From sequence record PZ452596.1: a DNA stretch of 64,000 nt. The stretch is one strand, 5' to 3'. Below the pieces are notes generated by a model, which did no database searches, was not told the DNA's origin, and saw only the letters and a program-made list of their open reading frames with translations. The position numbers and the translations under genes were made by a program. Source of the DNA: a phage. Of this stretch, positions 37,941 through 47,100 are shown piece after piece (the first letter of the stretch is position 1; each line of letters begins with the position of its first letter).

Positions 37941-38534
37941 TTATTTCAGAGAATTAATATATTCCTGAACATCGGCAGAGGTAGTTTCAACCCCAGAAAT
38001 ATTACCATTAAAGGTTTCAACTCGAGCAAGAGTATCTTCAATATCAACCTTAGTCAGTGCTGCAATTTCAACTACATCATCAGCAGTACTAATTCCGAGA
38101 GCATTTGCTGCGCGAGTTTCACGGATATATTCCAATTTAACTGCAAGTTCTTGACGAGCATCATCTAACTCAACTACTTTCTTGGCGATTTCAATTCGCA
38201 TTTCAGCATACCCATCAGCTTTAGTAGTCAACTGCTCAGCTGTTCGACGATATAGCAAACCGAGCTTAGCGTGCATTGTTACATCTTGACCTTCAGAAAG
38301 GAGCTTGCGAATTTCGCGCTCTTTTGATTCGGCTTGTCGATTCTTTTCAATAACAAGTTCACGAATACGTTTTTCTTCATTAATAGATTTAACAGAAGCA
38401 GTTTTTAGGTCTTTAATTTTATCAAGTAATTTTGCTGCTGCAGCAGTGTACTGTTCTTCAACAGATAGATTTTTAGCCATAGCAGAACCAAGTTTAGTGC
38501 GAATAAACTCAACAATTTTCTTCAGCATGTTCAT
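37941..38534 (-). CDS. Coiled-coil protein, 197 aa
   Basis: Track ORF; early promoter upstream. Confidence 0.55.
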   Translation of the reverse strand: MNMLKKIVEFIRTKLGSAMAKNLSVEEQYTAAAAKLLDKIKDLKTASVKSINEEKRIRELVIEKNRQAESKEREIRKLLSEGQDVTMHAKLGLLYRRTAEQLTTKADGYAEMRIEIAKKVVELDDARQELAVKLEYIRETRAANALGISTADDVVEIAALTKVDIEDTLARVETFNGNISGVETTSADVQEYINSLK

Positions 38535-38569
38535 AGCATTTCCTTTAGTTAATTAAGGGTTTTATAATC

Positions 38570-38598
38570 CGTGGGAGTATTATACTCTACTCCCAAGA
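38570..38598 (-). promoter_or_regulatory. T4-type early promoter (GTTTACA - 17 nt - TATAAT)
   Basis: Seen on the minus strand; flanked by GGGAGTA/TACTCCC inverted repeat. Confidence 0.5.
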
Positions 38599-38608
38599 GT
38601 TTGTAAAC

Positions 38609-38941
38609 TTATTCTTCGTCCAATTCATCAATAAATTTATCGATACTACTAATAATAGACTCATCGATAATTAACAAAGCATCATCATCCATAATATTAA
38701 TATTTTCTAAAGCATCAATATAAGCTTGATTGACTATAGACCATGCCCTTTGAAAATATGGGGCTTCATCATCAGGACAAATATCCCGCACGCCTTCAAA
38801 GATACGTTTGGCATAATCTAACACCCATTGTACAGGCATGTTTTGAGAACGTTCGTTAAACTCTTTAAAGTCCTTAGATTCAAAAAGCTCTTCAGGATAA
38901 TAATTTCTATTACAAAAAGCTTTACTAAAGTTACGTTTCAT
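38609..38941 (-). CDS. Hypothetical acidic protein, 110 aa
   Basis: Track ORF. Confidence 0.5.
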   Translation of the reverse strand: MKRNFSKAFCNRNYYPEELFESKDFKEFNERSQNMPVQWVLDYAKRIFEGVRDICPDDEAPYFQRAWSIVNQAYIDALENINIMDDDALLIIDESIISSIDKFIDELDEE

Positions 38942-38967
38942 AATGTTCTCCTCAAAGTTATAGGCTC

Positions 38968-38996
38968 ATAATATCTCAATCATGAGCCTGTGTAAA
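38968..38996 (-). promoter_or_regulatory. T4-type early promoter (GTTTACA - 17 nt - TATTAT)
   Basis: Seen on the minus strand. Confidence 0.5.
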
Positions 38997-38997
38997 C

Positions 38998-39261
38998 TTA
39001 TTTCATATTATTGAAATATTCTTCAGCAATTTCATCATTATCATGATAAACTTTAGAAGACAGTTTAACATAACCTTCTGCTGCGAACATGTTAATCACA
39101 ACCTTTACAGTATACCACTGACCGTCTTCATTACCCATTACTGCATAGGTTTCAAACATCGGATGATCAGGACCGATAACTTTAATATCATTCACTGTAC
39201 GACCAAAATCTTCTGAAACACATTTCATAAAGAAGTTGAACAGTTCGCCGTAATTATCCAT
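38998..39261 (-). CDS. Hypothetical protein, 87 aa
   Basis: Track ORF 38998..39324 trimmed to MDNYGELFNF (RBS GGAGAA); the longer ORF would overlap the promoter. Confidence 0.5.
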   Translation of the reverse strand: MDNYGELFNFFMKCVSEDFGRTVNDIKVIGPDHPMFETYAVMGNEDGQWYTVKVVINMFAAEGYVKLSSKVYHDNDEIAEEYFNNMK

Positions 39262-39304
39262 TTCATTCTCCAAGTTGTTTTCTATATCAGTAGTTGATAT
39301 TGAT

Positions 39305-39333
39305 ATAGTACCATGGAAGGACAAGGATGTAAA
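39305..39333 (-). promoter_or_regulatory. T4-type early promoter with conserved leader module
   Basis: GTTTACA - 17 nt - TACTAT, then ATCAATATCAACTACTGA. Confidence 0.5.
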
Positions 39334-39452
39334 CCGTTTTGTGAAAAAATTTTTAAAAAGTTTTGGGGAATTCTAGGGCAGGGAGAGGAAATTAAAAGGT
39401 AGGATAATATATTATAAAGGGTATAAACTAAATGATGCCTAGAGAGGCCCGG

Positions 39453-39487
39453 AAAGGCCTAGATACCAAAAAGCCCCAACCTTTCGG
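39453..39487 (-). terminator. Rho-independent terminator, copy A of a 36-bp direct repeat
   Basis: GCCCUAGCC-GAAA-GGUUGGGGC hairpin followed by UUUUUGG; 35/36 identical to copy B. Confidence 0.55.
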
Positions 39488-39502
39488 CTAGGGCTAAGAA
39501 TG

Positions 39503-39964
39503 TTATTTGATTTGTTTAGCAGACCAAATGCGGTCTTTGATGATTTTTTGGAGGTCTTCAACATACTCTAGGTCATGAGCATGTGGATTATCTTTGAAAC
39601 TATGAGCTCGCGCAAGTTTCTGGCCTTCGGTCTTAATTATCAAAAGTTCTTTAAGAATTGCTTCATACCTAGAGATAATTCCTTTAGCAATATTTTTTTC
39701 TTGTGCTGCTTTAGGGTCAGCCTTAGGAGCAGGTTTACCAGAAGGTTTTTCGAAAGCCGCGCCAGTAGCAACCAGGCTTTTCCAGGCGGTGGTAACATAG
39801 TTACCCACAAAGCCTTCAGCTCTCATATCGTCGTAGAACTTGTACCGAGATTCGTCAGAAGCATCTTTATAAGAATATTTACCAGCTTTAATAGCAGCAG
39901 TTGCTACAGCGCGAACATCTGAAGCGGATGCTTCGGTCATTAAAAATTGAGCATAAGTTTTCAT
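39503..39964 (-). CDS. Internal-protein-like late gene with capsid-targeting-like N-terminus, 153 aa
   Basis: MKTYAQFLMTEA N-terminus; own TATAAATA late promoter; flanked by near-identical terminators. Confidence 0.6.
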   Translation of the reverse strand: MKTYAQFLMTEASASDVRAVATAAIKAGKYSYKDASDESRYKFYDDMRAEGFVGNYVTTAWKSLVATGAAFEKPSGKPAPKADPKAAQEKNIAKGIISRYEAILKELLIIKTEGQKLARAHSFKDNPHAHDLEYVEDLQKIIKDRIWSAKQIK

Positions 39965-39992
39965 TGTTATTTCCTGTGTTAATTAACTCATC

Positions 39993-40000
39993 TATTTATA
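39993..40000 (-). promoter_or_regulatory. Late promoter TATAAATA for the IP-like gene
   Basis: Minus strand TATAAATA about 29 nt upstream of ATG, directly abutting terminator copy B. Confidence 0.5.
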
Positions 40001-40033
40001 CCAAAAAGCCCCAACCTTTCGGCTGGGGCTAAG
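39998..40033 (-). terminator. Rho-independent terminator, copy B (end of the tRNA transcription unit)
   Basis: GCCCCAGCC-GAAA-GGUUGGGGC hairpin followed by UUUUUGG. Confidence 0.55.
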
Positions 40034-40078
40034 CCTTGCGGCAACCTTGTCGGGGTTCCACCTGCTAAGGCAAGTGTT

Positions 40079-40240
40079 TGTACGAAACGCCGGGATTCGA
40101 ACCCGGTTATTAAGCAGTTGACGCTACTCAATATTTTTAAAAGGCCATATCTCGACCATATCCGAACGTTCCGTCAAAAACGCTACTCGGCTTACGGCAA
40201 AGATATTTCCTCGAATCGATAATTCGGTGCGCCGTTTCTG
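40079..40240 (-). ncRNA. Probable stable structured RNA downstream of tRNA-Arg (T4 species 1/2 RNA position)
   Basis: tRNA-like T-arm CCGGG-UUCGAAU-CCCGG and terminal acceptor-like pairing; between tRNA-Arg and the terminator. Confidence 0.3.
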
Positions 40241-40346
40241 CTGTGATATAAGAGGACATTAACAAAACATAAAGATTTATTAATGCCAGTCCTTAAACAG
40301 GGAACATCAGTCCGACGACTTGCCGGTAGCGACCCGGCTTCTTGTC

Positions 40347-40422
40347 TGGTCGAGGCAGTAGGGATCGAACCTACGACCCAGGACTTAGAAGGTCCTTGCT
40401 CTTCCTTCTGAGCTATGCCTCG
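40347..40422 (-). tRNA. tRNA-Arg (anticodon UCU), CCA encoded
   Basis: Hand-folded cloverleaf: 7-bp acceptor, T-loop UUCGAUC, anticodon loop CUUCUAA. Confidence 0.8.
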
Positions 40423-40426
40423 GATT

Positions 40427-40501
40427 TGGCGGACGTGATAGGATTCGAACCTATAACCAATCGCTTAACAGGCGATCGCTCTGCCATTGAGCTACACATC
40501 C
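40427..40501 (-). tRNA. tRNA-Asn (anticodon GUU), CCA encoded
   Basis: Hand-folded cloverleaf; anticodon loop CUGUUAA; T-loop UUCGAAU. Confidence 0.75.
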
Positions 40502-40505
40502 AAAT

Positions 40506-40592
40506 TGGTGGGGAGTGATGGAGTCGAACCACCCGAGTCGCAATGACAATGGATTTACAGTCCACACCGCTACCTCTACGGGATAACTCCCC
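40506..40592 (-). tRNA. tRNA-Tyr (anticodon GUA), long variable arm, CCA encoded
   Basis: Hand-folded; anticodon loop CUGUAAA; 15-nt variable arm; T-loop UUCGACU. Confidence 0.75.
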
Positions 40593-40601
40593 TAATTAAT
40601 T

Positions 40602-40676
40602 TGGTGGCCCTGGGTGGAATTGAACCACCATCTGGCGATTATGAGTCGCTTGCTTGAACCTTCCAGCTACAGGGCC
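40602..40676 (-). tRNA. tRNA with CAU anticodon (Ile2/AUA-reading type as in T4, or elongator Met)
   Basis: Hand-folded; anticodon loop CUCAUAA; anticodon stem lacks initiator-type GGG/CCC pairs. Confidence 0.7.
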
Positions 40677-40677
40677 T

Positions 40678-40753
40678 TGGTGCTGATTGACGGAATCGAA
40701 CCGCCGACCTTCTCATTACAAGTGAGTTGCTCTACCTACTGAGCTAAATCAGC
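40678..40753 (-). tRNA. tRNA-Thr (anticodon UGU), CCA encoded
   Basis: Hand-folded; anticodon loop CUUGUAA. Confidence 0.8.
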
Positions 40754-40758
40754 AAAAC

Positions 40759-40848
40759 TGGCGGAGGCGATAGGATTTGAACCTATGAGTCGCCGGAGCG
40801 ACTGCCGGTTTTCAAGACCGGTGCATTAAACCACTCTGCCACGCCTCC
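40759..40848 (-). tRNA. tRNA-Ser (anticodon UGA), long variable arm, CCA encoded
   Basis: Hand-folded; anticodon loop CUUGAAA; 18-nt variable arm. Confidence 0.8.
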
Positions 40849-40850
40849 AG

Positions 40851-40924
40851 TCTCCATACAAGGATTTGAACCTTGGACCTCCTGATCCCAAATCAGGCGC
40901 TCTACCAAACTGAGCTACACGGAG
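40851..40924 (-). tRNA. tRNA-Pro (anticodon UGG), CCA not encoded
   Basis: Hand-folded; anticodon loop UUUGGGA. Confidence 0.75.
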
Positions 40925-40934
40925 TAAATTAAAT

Positions 40935-41008
<74 letters not shown>

Positions 41009-41013
41009 AAATT

Positions 41014-41100
41014 TGGTGCGAGAAGTGGGACTCGAACCCACAAGGAAATCATTCCGCAGCATTTTAAGTGCTGTGCCTTTACCAATTTGACCATTCTCGC
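41014..41100 (-). tRNA. tRNA-Leu (anticodon UAA), long variable arm, CCA encoded
   Basis: Hand-folded; anticodon loop CUUAAAA. Confidence 0.8.
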
Positions 41101-41101
41101 G

Positions 41102-41174
41102 CTGGGAATAAAGGACTCGAACCTTTGCATCTAGCAGTCAAAGTGCTATGCCTTACCAACTTGGCTAATTCCCA
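41102..41174 (-). tRNA. tRNA-Gln (anticodon UUG), CCA not encoded
   Basis: Hand-folded; anticodon loop CUUUGAC. Confidence 0.75.
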
Positions 41175-41260
41175 ATTATTAACAAAGGCTCTCTAACAAG
41201 AACCCTTGATGATAGAGGGTATTAATCAGTGCGGTATGAGTTAATAATAACAAATATTTC

Positions 41261-41776
41261 TTAAAGCAAATCAACCATTTTAACAGTCGGCAAAACAATT
41301 TCTTCTTCGATATAAGCAAATTCTACATGTTCAACTACACGCAAGAAATCATATTCATAGTATTCAGAAGCATGACCAAGAATATCAATGAGGCCTTCAG
41401 ATATCTTATTACCATTCACAAAGAATAAATCAAATACACGTTCTTCATCTTCTTCGGATTTATTACCAAGGTCAACTTCTATATCAAAGACCTTTTTAAT
41501 GAATTCTGGATAAAGTTGGTCTGAGAACAGTCCTTCAACCAAATATTCATATATAAAAAGCTCTTGCTCGCTGAACAACCCATTACCACAATAACGGTCA
41601 GCTTTAGTACTAGAATGACGACTCTTAAACTTCTTCAAAAGATATTTAAATTGTTGGAGCTCATGCTCTTCTACGCCAAACAGTGTTTTGGTTTTATAGT
41701 TATCACCATCATTTTCCCAGGTAGTGACATCAATTACGTAACCCTTAGGAATTGTGCTGCCTAAACGAATATACAT
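41261..41776 (-). CDS. Hypothetical acidic protein, 171 aa
   Basis: Track ORF; ATG overlaps the end of the upstream ORF in another frame. Confidence 0.5.
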   Translation of the reverse strand: MYIRLGSTIPKGYVIDVTTWENDGDNYKTKTLFGVEEHELQQFKYLLKKFKSRHSSTKADRYCGNGLFSEQELFIYEYLVEGLFSDQLYPEFIKKVFDIEVDLGNKSEEDEERVFDLFFVNGNKISEGLIDILGHASEYYEYDFLRVVEHVEFAYIEEEIVLPTVKMVDLL

Positions 41777-42066
41777 TTGTTCACCATATTAATGTAAGTA
41801 TATTTAATACATTCAAGACCCAAAGGATTCTTGAAAATATCATATTCAAGAGGACCTTTTTCTGTTTCAATAAAGAAATCAAAATTTACTGTATTAAATT
41901 TACGGTCTTCCTTCACTAATTTAACTTGAGAAGATGAACGGTCAATGTAAACCTTTTCAACTTCAAAACATGTTAAAATGCCATAATCATCAATCAAGGC
42001 TTTAGCCGCATCTTGATCATATTTATATCCATTTTCAACGGACGATACTTTCGCATAAAGAATCAT
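41761..42066 (-). CDS. Hypothetical protein, 101 aa
   Basis: Track ORF. Confidence 0.5.
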   Translation of the reverse strand: MILYAKVSSVENGYKYDQDAAKALIDDYGILTCFEVEKVYIDRSSSQVKLVKEDRKFNTVNFDFFIETEKGPLEYDIFKNPLGLECIKYTYINMVNKCIFV

Positions 42067-42068
42067 TA

Positions 42069-42449
42069 TTAGCCTTCATCAACAATAGTATGAGTATGGG
42101 CATTTACAATTTGCCACCAATCAAAGCGATTGGAACCATACATTGGTTTGTTTTCATTTTCTTTGATAATATCACGAAGTTCATCTTCGGTAGCGGCTTT
42201 CGCGATTAAATCAGCATATCCACCACGAGGATAATAATTATCACCTGCAAAAAGTAAAAAATTTGGTTTAATATTATTAAACTCTTCAAGAGTAATAACT
42301 GTTCCACCAGGTTGAACAATATCTACATAACTATATCCTAATTTTTGAGCAGCATCTACTGCTTCAAGCAGGGTATCATGAGCCCATCCAATTTGGCAAT
42401 CTGGCTTTTCAGATGGATTAGCTTGATAATCTGCATACACTTTATACAT
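42069..42449 (-). CDS. Hypothetical protein, about 126 aa
   Basis: Track ORF 42069..42458 (GTG) trimmed to ATG MYKVYADYQ. Confidence 0.5.
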   Translation of the reverse strand: MYKVYADYQANPSEKPDCQIGWAHDTLLEAVDAAQKLGYSYVDIVQPGGTVITLEEFNNIKPNFLLFAGDNYYPRGGYADLIAKAATEDELRDIIKENENKPMYGSNRFDWWQIVNAHTHTIVDEG

Positions 42450-42450
42450 T

Positions 42451-42636
42451 CTATTCACCTTTAGAAATTTTATCCATAACGATAGCGATTAAACCAATTA
42501 AAAATGCTACTACAAGTGAAAAAACATTTTCTGCTGTAGTCAATAATCCGCATATAAATCCAACAAACATTGAAAAACTAAAAGCAGAAGCAGAAATTGC
42601 AATAGCAACATTTCGAATTAATTCACAACGTTTCAT
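42451..42636 (-). CDS. Small membrane protein, 61 aa
   Basis: Track ORF, hydrophobic; directly downstream of early promoter. Confidence 0.5.
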   Translation of the reverse strand: MKRCELIRNVAIAISASAFSFSMFVGFICGLLTTAENVFSLVVAFLIGLIAIVMDKISKGE

Positions 42637-42664
42637 TTTATTCTCCTCAGTAGTTGATAGGGTA

Positions 42665-42693
42665 ATAGTATCACTACTAAAACCCTATGTAAA
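42665..42693 (-). promoter_or_regulatory. T4-type early promoter with conserved leader module
   Basis: GTTTACA - 17 nt - TACTAT, then CCCTATCAACTACTGAGGAGAATAAAATG. Confidence 0.5.
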
Positions 42694-42713
42694 CAACTTT
42701 GTGAAATTGTTTA

Positions 42714-43004
42714 TTACAAAAGATTTTTAGCAATAATCTTGAGATGTGCTGCAGAAATGTGTTTAGCTTTAAACAACGCAGTTTCTTCAGCAGGAGAGAT
42801 AACGATTGTAGCACCATCCTTTTTAGCAGACCACCCATCACCTAAGTAAACAGTACCTTTGATTTCTTCGCCATCAACCAGACTAATCATTGGTTTACCT
42901 TCTCGTCCTTTATTTGCTTTAATAACTTCAGAAGTAAGAGTAGCTTCGGTAATGGTAGAAACCGGGGTAGTTGTAGTAGAAGTAAATTCTTTAAATGTTT
43001 TCAT
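42714..43004 (-). CDS. Internal protein I-like protein with capsid-targeting N-terminus, 96 aa
   Basis: MKTFKEF...STITEA N-terminus; position between the tRNA region and 57B as for T4 ipI. Confidence 0.6.
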   Translation of the reverse strand: MKTFKEFTSTTTTPVSTITEATLTSEVIKANKGREGKPMISLVDGEEIKGTVYLGDGWSAKKDGATIVISPAEETALFKAKHISAAHLKIIAKNLL

Positions 43005-43034
43005 TTTATTTTCCTAATTAATTTTGATGAGGTA

Positions 43035-43063
43035 ATAGTATCACTACCTCATCAACGTGTAAA
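43035..43063 (-). promoter_or_regulatory. T4-type early promoter upstream of the ipI-like gene
   Basis: GTTTACA - 17 nt - TACTAT; flanked by inverted repeat TTGATGAGGTA/TACCTCATCAA. Confidence 0.5.
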
Positions 43064-43076
43064 CAACTTTGTGAAA

Positions 43077-43773
<697 letters not shown>

Positions 43774-43774
<1 letters not shown>

Positions 43775-44499
43775 TATAGTACCTTTAGTGTATTTTTAAT
43801 TTTAGAAAAAAGTTCTTCAAGAGAACCATCGTTTGTAATTACTAAATCGCCATCACGAATTGGCAATCCAGCTTCTGTAATATGTGTATCATTGGATTTT
43901 TGACCAGGACGAACTACATGAATTACTGTAGCACCCATCGCCCTAGCCGCATCCATTTCATGATCTTGACGGGTATCAGGAACGATATAATAATCATAAC
44001 CTGAGTTAAATTTATCAAGATAATCTAAAGCAAATAATTTTACCCAGTACATGCGGTCGAAGTTATTAACAATCAAATCCGTACCTAGGGCTTGCATCAG
44101 ACGACGGACTGACCATTGATCTTCAATATTATTTATAACGTCAATAATCTTGTTAAATGCTACGGAATTAACTGATTCTTGTCCTTCGTCATCAAAAACA
44201 AACACACCCTTAATTGGGCTTTTACCGTTAAGATAGCAAAATGCTTGTTCCATAATCGTGATTACTTCTGATTTAGTCAGATTTAAATTAGTCTCACGAT
44301 CATAGTCAATTCCTTCAAACTCTTTACGAGTTAAGCAAGGATAGTCAGTGTTTGCTGCAAATACTCCCCATGCATAAGCCAATGCATCCTTAATAGGACC
44401 AGCAAGTTGATATTTAACTGCAGAATAATTATTCATGATAAAATCTGCAGTAGTATCTTTTCCACTACGCTTTACACCACTTAAAAAGATTAGTTTCAT
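43774..44499 (-). CDS. 1: Deoxynucleoside monophosphate kinase gp1
   Basis: 241-aa ORF MKLIFLSGVKRSGKDTTADFIMNNYS... with P-loop. Confidence 0.9.
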
Positions 44500-44524
44500 A
44501 TGTTTCTCCTCAAATTTAGTTAAG

Positions 44525-44548
44525 ATTATAACACATGAAACTGAAGCA
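44525..44548 (-). promoter_or_regulatory. Middle promoter upstream of gene 1
   Basis: Minus strand TGCTTCA - 11 nt - TATAAT, then RBS GAGGAG. Confidence 0.5.
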
Positions 44549-45079
44549 TTAAACTTCTGCTATAATTTTTCCATCTTTTTCTACTTGAAAATAGGTGTAA
44601 GGAATCGTTGCAGTACATACTAAAGCCGGGTCTGAATCTTCTGTGTAGCTAAATTCTACTTCAGATAGGTCAGAAACCCAAGGCTTATAAAAATTTATTG
44701 ACATCACGATTTCAGTTTTACTATTATCTAAAATGTAAAGCGTAATGTATTCAGGGCCTGTTTTTTGGGCAGTATTTTCACCTGTAAGATAGTTACTAGT
44801 TCCTAACATCCATTCATACATTCCTATCCACGACTTAAGTTCTTCATCAACTATAAATCTCACAATGAGTGGATCATACTCAAATGTAACACCTGGACGT
44901 TGTGCTCGACCCAGGCCAAATGGCCCAGTCACGGTATCAGTAACAGGTATTCTAATTCCTGGAATAGGAACTGACTGAGCATTTAAAGTAAAAGCAGATG
45001 TAGTATTACTATGTGGTATTGATACTACAAAGTTAGTTGTATTTGCTTGGTTAAAAATTTGTTGCAGAGCTTGCGACAT
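44549..45079 (-). CDS. 3: Tail completion/sheath stabiliser protein gp3
   Basis: Track ORF 44549..45160 (non-ATG start) trimmed to MSQALQQIFNQ (176 aa). Confidence 0.8.
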   Translation of the reverse strand: MSQALQQIFNQANTTNFVVSIPHSNTTSAFTLNAQSVPIPGIRIPVTDTVTGPFGLGRAQRPGVTFEYDPLIVRFIVDEELKSWIGMYEWMLGTSNYLTGENTAQKTGPEYITLYILDNSKTEIVMSINFYKPWVSDLSEVEFSYTEDSDPALVCTATIPYTYFQVEKDGKIIAEV

Positions 45080-45185
45080 ATATTCCTCATAATGCTTTAT
45101 AACTGTTGGTGGTATAATGGGTCTAAGTCCCTTCCATTCAATTCCATTTAGAACAAACAACAGAAAAGAATGGAAGATAATAGAA

Positions 45186-46010
45186 TTAGATATTTGACCA
45201 GACTTTGTTTGCAGAGAAACGTTTTCCTTTTGAAACGAACTGCTGAAGTGGCATCAACACAACGTTCGCCCAGTCTTTCGGGGCGATTTCAACAAGGCTA
45301 CCCATAATATTACCAGGTATATATGCCTTAATCATTTGGTCTGCACCCCTAAATCCTTTCACTTGACTCCAATCAATTTTTAATTTCGTTTTATTAGTAA
45401 TAGTAGGTGTATTTGCATATTGCTTTAAAAGCTCTTCTAGGAATTGCTGACGAGCTTTAGGTGGAATATAGTGCAAGTTTAATCCGTACATTAAATTATG
45501 CTTACCTAAACCAAGGTAAATTATCAAAGGAAATTTATCCCAGTAAGGAAGAGTTTCCTTGTGTTTAGCATCATAAGCAAAAGCATATATTCGTCCCGGC
45601 TGCGGGCGAACAACTTTATGTCCTTTTACTTGCTTAATAGTTTCAGCAAACCACTTTCTGGTTTTATTATTAATTGCTGCGCCTTCATTACGAATTTTAT
45701 CACGCAATGTTTGTCTGAATGAATTTATCATAAGCAGTTGTCTTTCTTGCTTATTGAGTTTATTCATTGGTTTTGATTCAAGTTTTTGAATCTTTTCAGC
45801 CGTTTTAATTCCTGAAGCATATTTTGACATTGCTGAAGTAAACGTAGAGTATTTGATTCCTCTTTCTTCGGCAAATTGCTTTCCTGTCATTCCTTTTGCT
45901 TTGGCCTTTTTATACTCAAGACCTATCTGAATCCATTTCTTTTCGTTTAATGATTGCTTAACCTTTGGAACTTGGGGAGTGCTTTCATTAATTATTTGAA
46001 AAATAGCCAT
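45186..46010 (-). CDS. 2: DNA end protector protein gp2
   Basis: 274-aa ORF, ATG verified; order 4-2-3-1 as in T4. Confidence 0.8.
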
Positions 46011-46462
46011 TATGCCCCCTTAAAGCCAAGAGCTCGTAATCCATCTTCTGTTAGAATTCTAAATTTTATTCCACGCTTTTCAGCTAAAGATTGTGCTGCT
46101 TTCCATTTGTCAGTATTAACAGAATATGTATAAATTTCATTCATAAATCTTTTCTTCGCTGCGGTTGTTAGATGCGCCGGTTTAACTGGTGGTTGTGTTT
46201 CTTTTTTAGGTTTTATTTCAATAAAAAATTCTTGTCCAGAAGAATCTTTCATCCAAATATCCATGAAGTATCTACGTTTTTTCCCTTCTGCATTACAAAA
46301 ATAAGGAATTACTGCTGTTTCACTACCCCATGCAATAATTTCTGGATTTTTATCTAACCATTCAAAAAAGAATTTTTCCCAATTTGATCTATACGTAATT
46401 TTTTTAGGGTCACCTCTATACTTTGATATATTTTTAGGAACCCATTTTCCAGAATATGCCAT
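46010..46462 (-). CDS. 4: Head completion protein gp4
   Basis: 150-aa ORF; late promoter upstream. Confidence 0.8.
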
Positions 46463-46473
46463 TGGATTCTCCT

Positions 46474-46481
46474 TATAAATA
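46474..46481 (+). promoter_or_regulatory. Late promoter TATAAATA for gene 53
   Basis: Plus strand TATAAATA about 28 nt upstream of gene 53 ATG. Confidence 0.55.
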
Positions 46482-46488
46482 GATAATA

Positions 46489-46496
46489 TATTTATA
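46489..46496 (-). promoter_or_regulatory. Late promoter TATAAATA for gene 4 (divergent from the gene 53 promoter)
   Basis: Minus strand TATAAATA about 27 nt upstream of gene 4 ATG. Confidence 0.55.
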
Positions 46497-46509
46497 AACA
46501 GGAGGGCCC

Positions 46510-47100
46510 ATGCTCTTTACATTTTTTGATCCGATTGAATATGCGGCCAAAACGGTGAATAAAAACGCGCCGACTATTCCTATGACAGATATTTTTAGAA
46601 ACTATAAAGACTATTTTAAACGCGCTCTTGCGGGATACCGCTTACGTACTTATTATATCAAAGGTTCACCACGCCCGGAAGAATTAGCAAATACTATATA
46701 TGGAAATCCACAGTTGTATTGGGTTTTATTGATGTGTAATGATAATTATGACCCGTATTATGGATGGATTACTTCGCAAGAAGCTGCTTATCAAGCATCT
46801 ATACAAAAATATAAAAACGTAGGTGGAGACCAAATAGTATATCATGTGAATGAGAACGGTGAAAAATTTTATAATTTAATATCATACGATGATAATCCAT
46901 ATGTTTGGTATGATAAAGGCGATAAAGCTAGAAAATATCCTCAATATGAAGGAGCACTTGCTGCGGTCGATACGTATGAAGCGGCTGTTCTTGAAAATGA
47001 AAAACTTCGTCAAATAAAAATAATAGCAAAATCCGACATTAATTCATTTATGAACGACCTTATACGTATAATGGAGAAATCTTATGGAAATGATAAGTAA
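46510..47100 (+). CDS. 53: Baseplate wedge protein gp53
   Basis: 196-aa ORF; RBS AGGAGGG. Confidence 0.85.
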   Translation: MLFTFFDPIEYAAKTVNKNAPTIPMTDIFRNYKDYFKRALAGYRLRTYYIKGSPRPEELANTIYGNPQLYWVLLMCNDNYDPYYGWITSQEAAYQASIQKYKNVGGDQIVYHVNENGEKFYNLISYDDNPYVWYDKGDKARKYPQYEGALAAVDTYEAAVLENEKLRQIKIIAKSDINSFMNDLIRIMEKSYGNDK

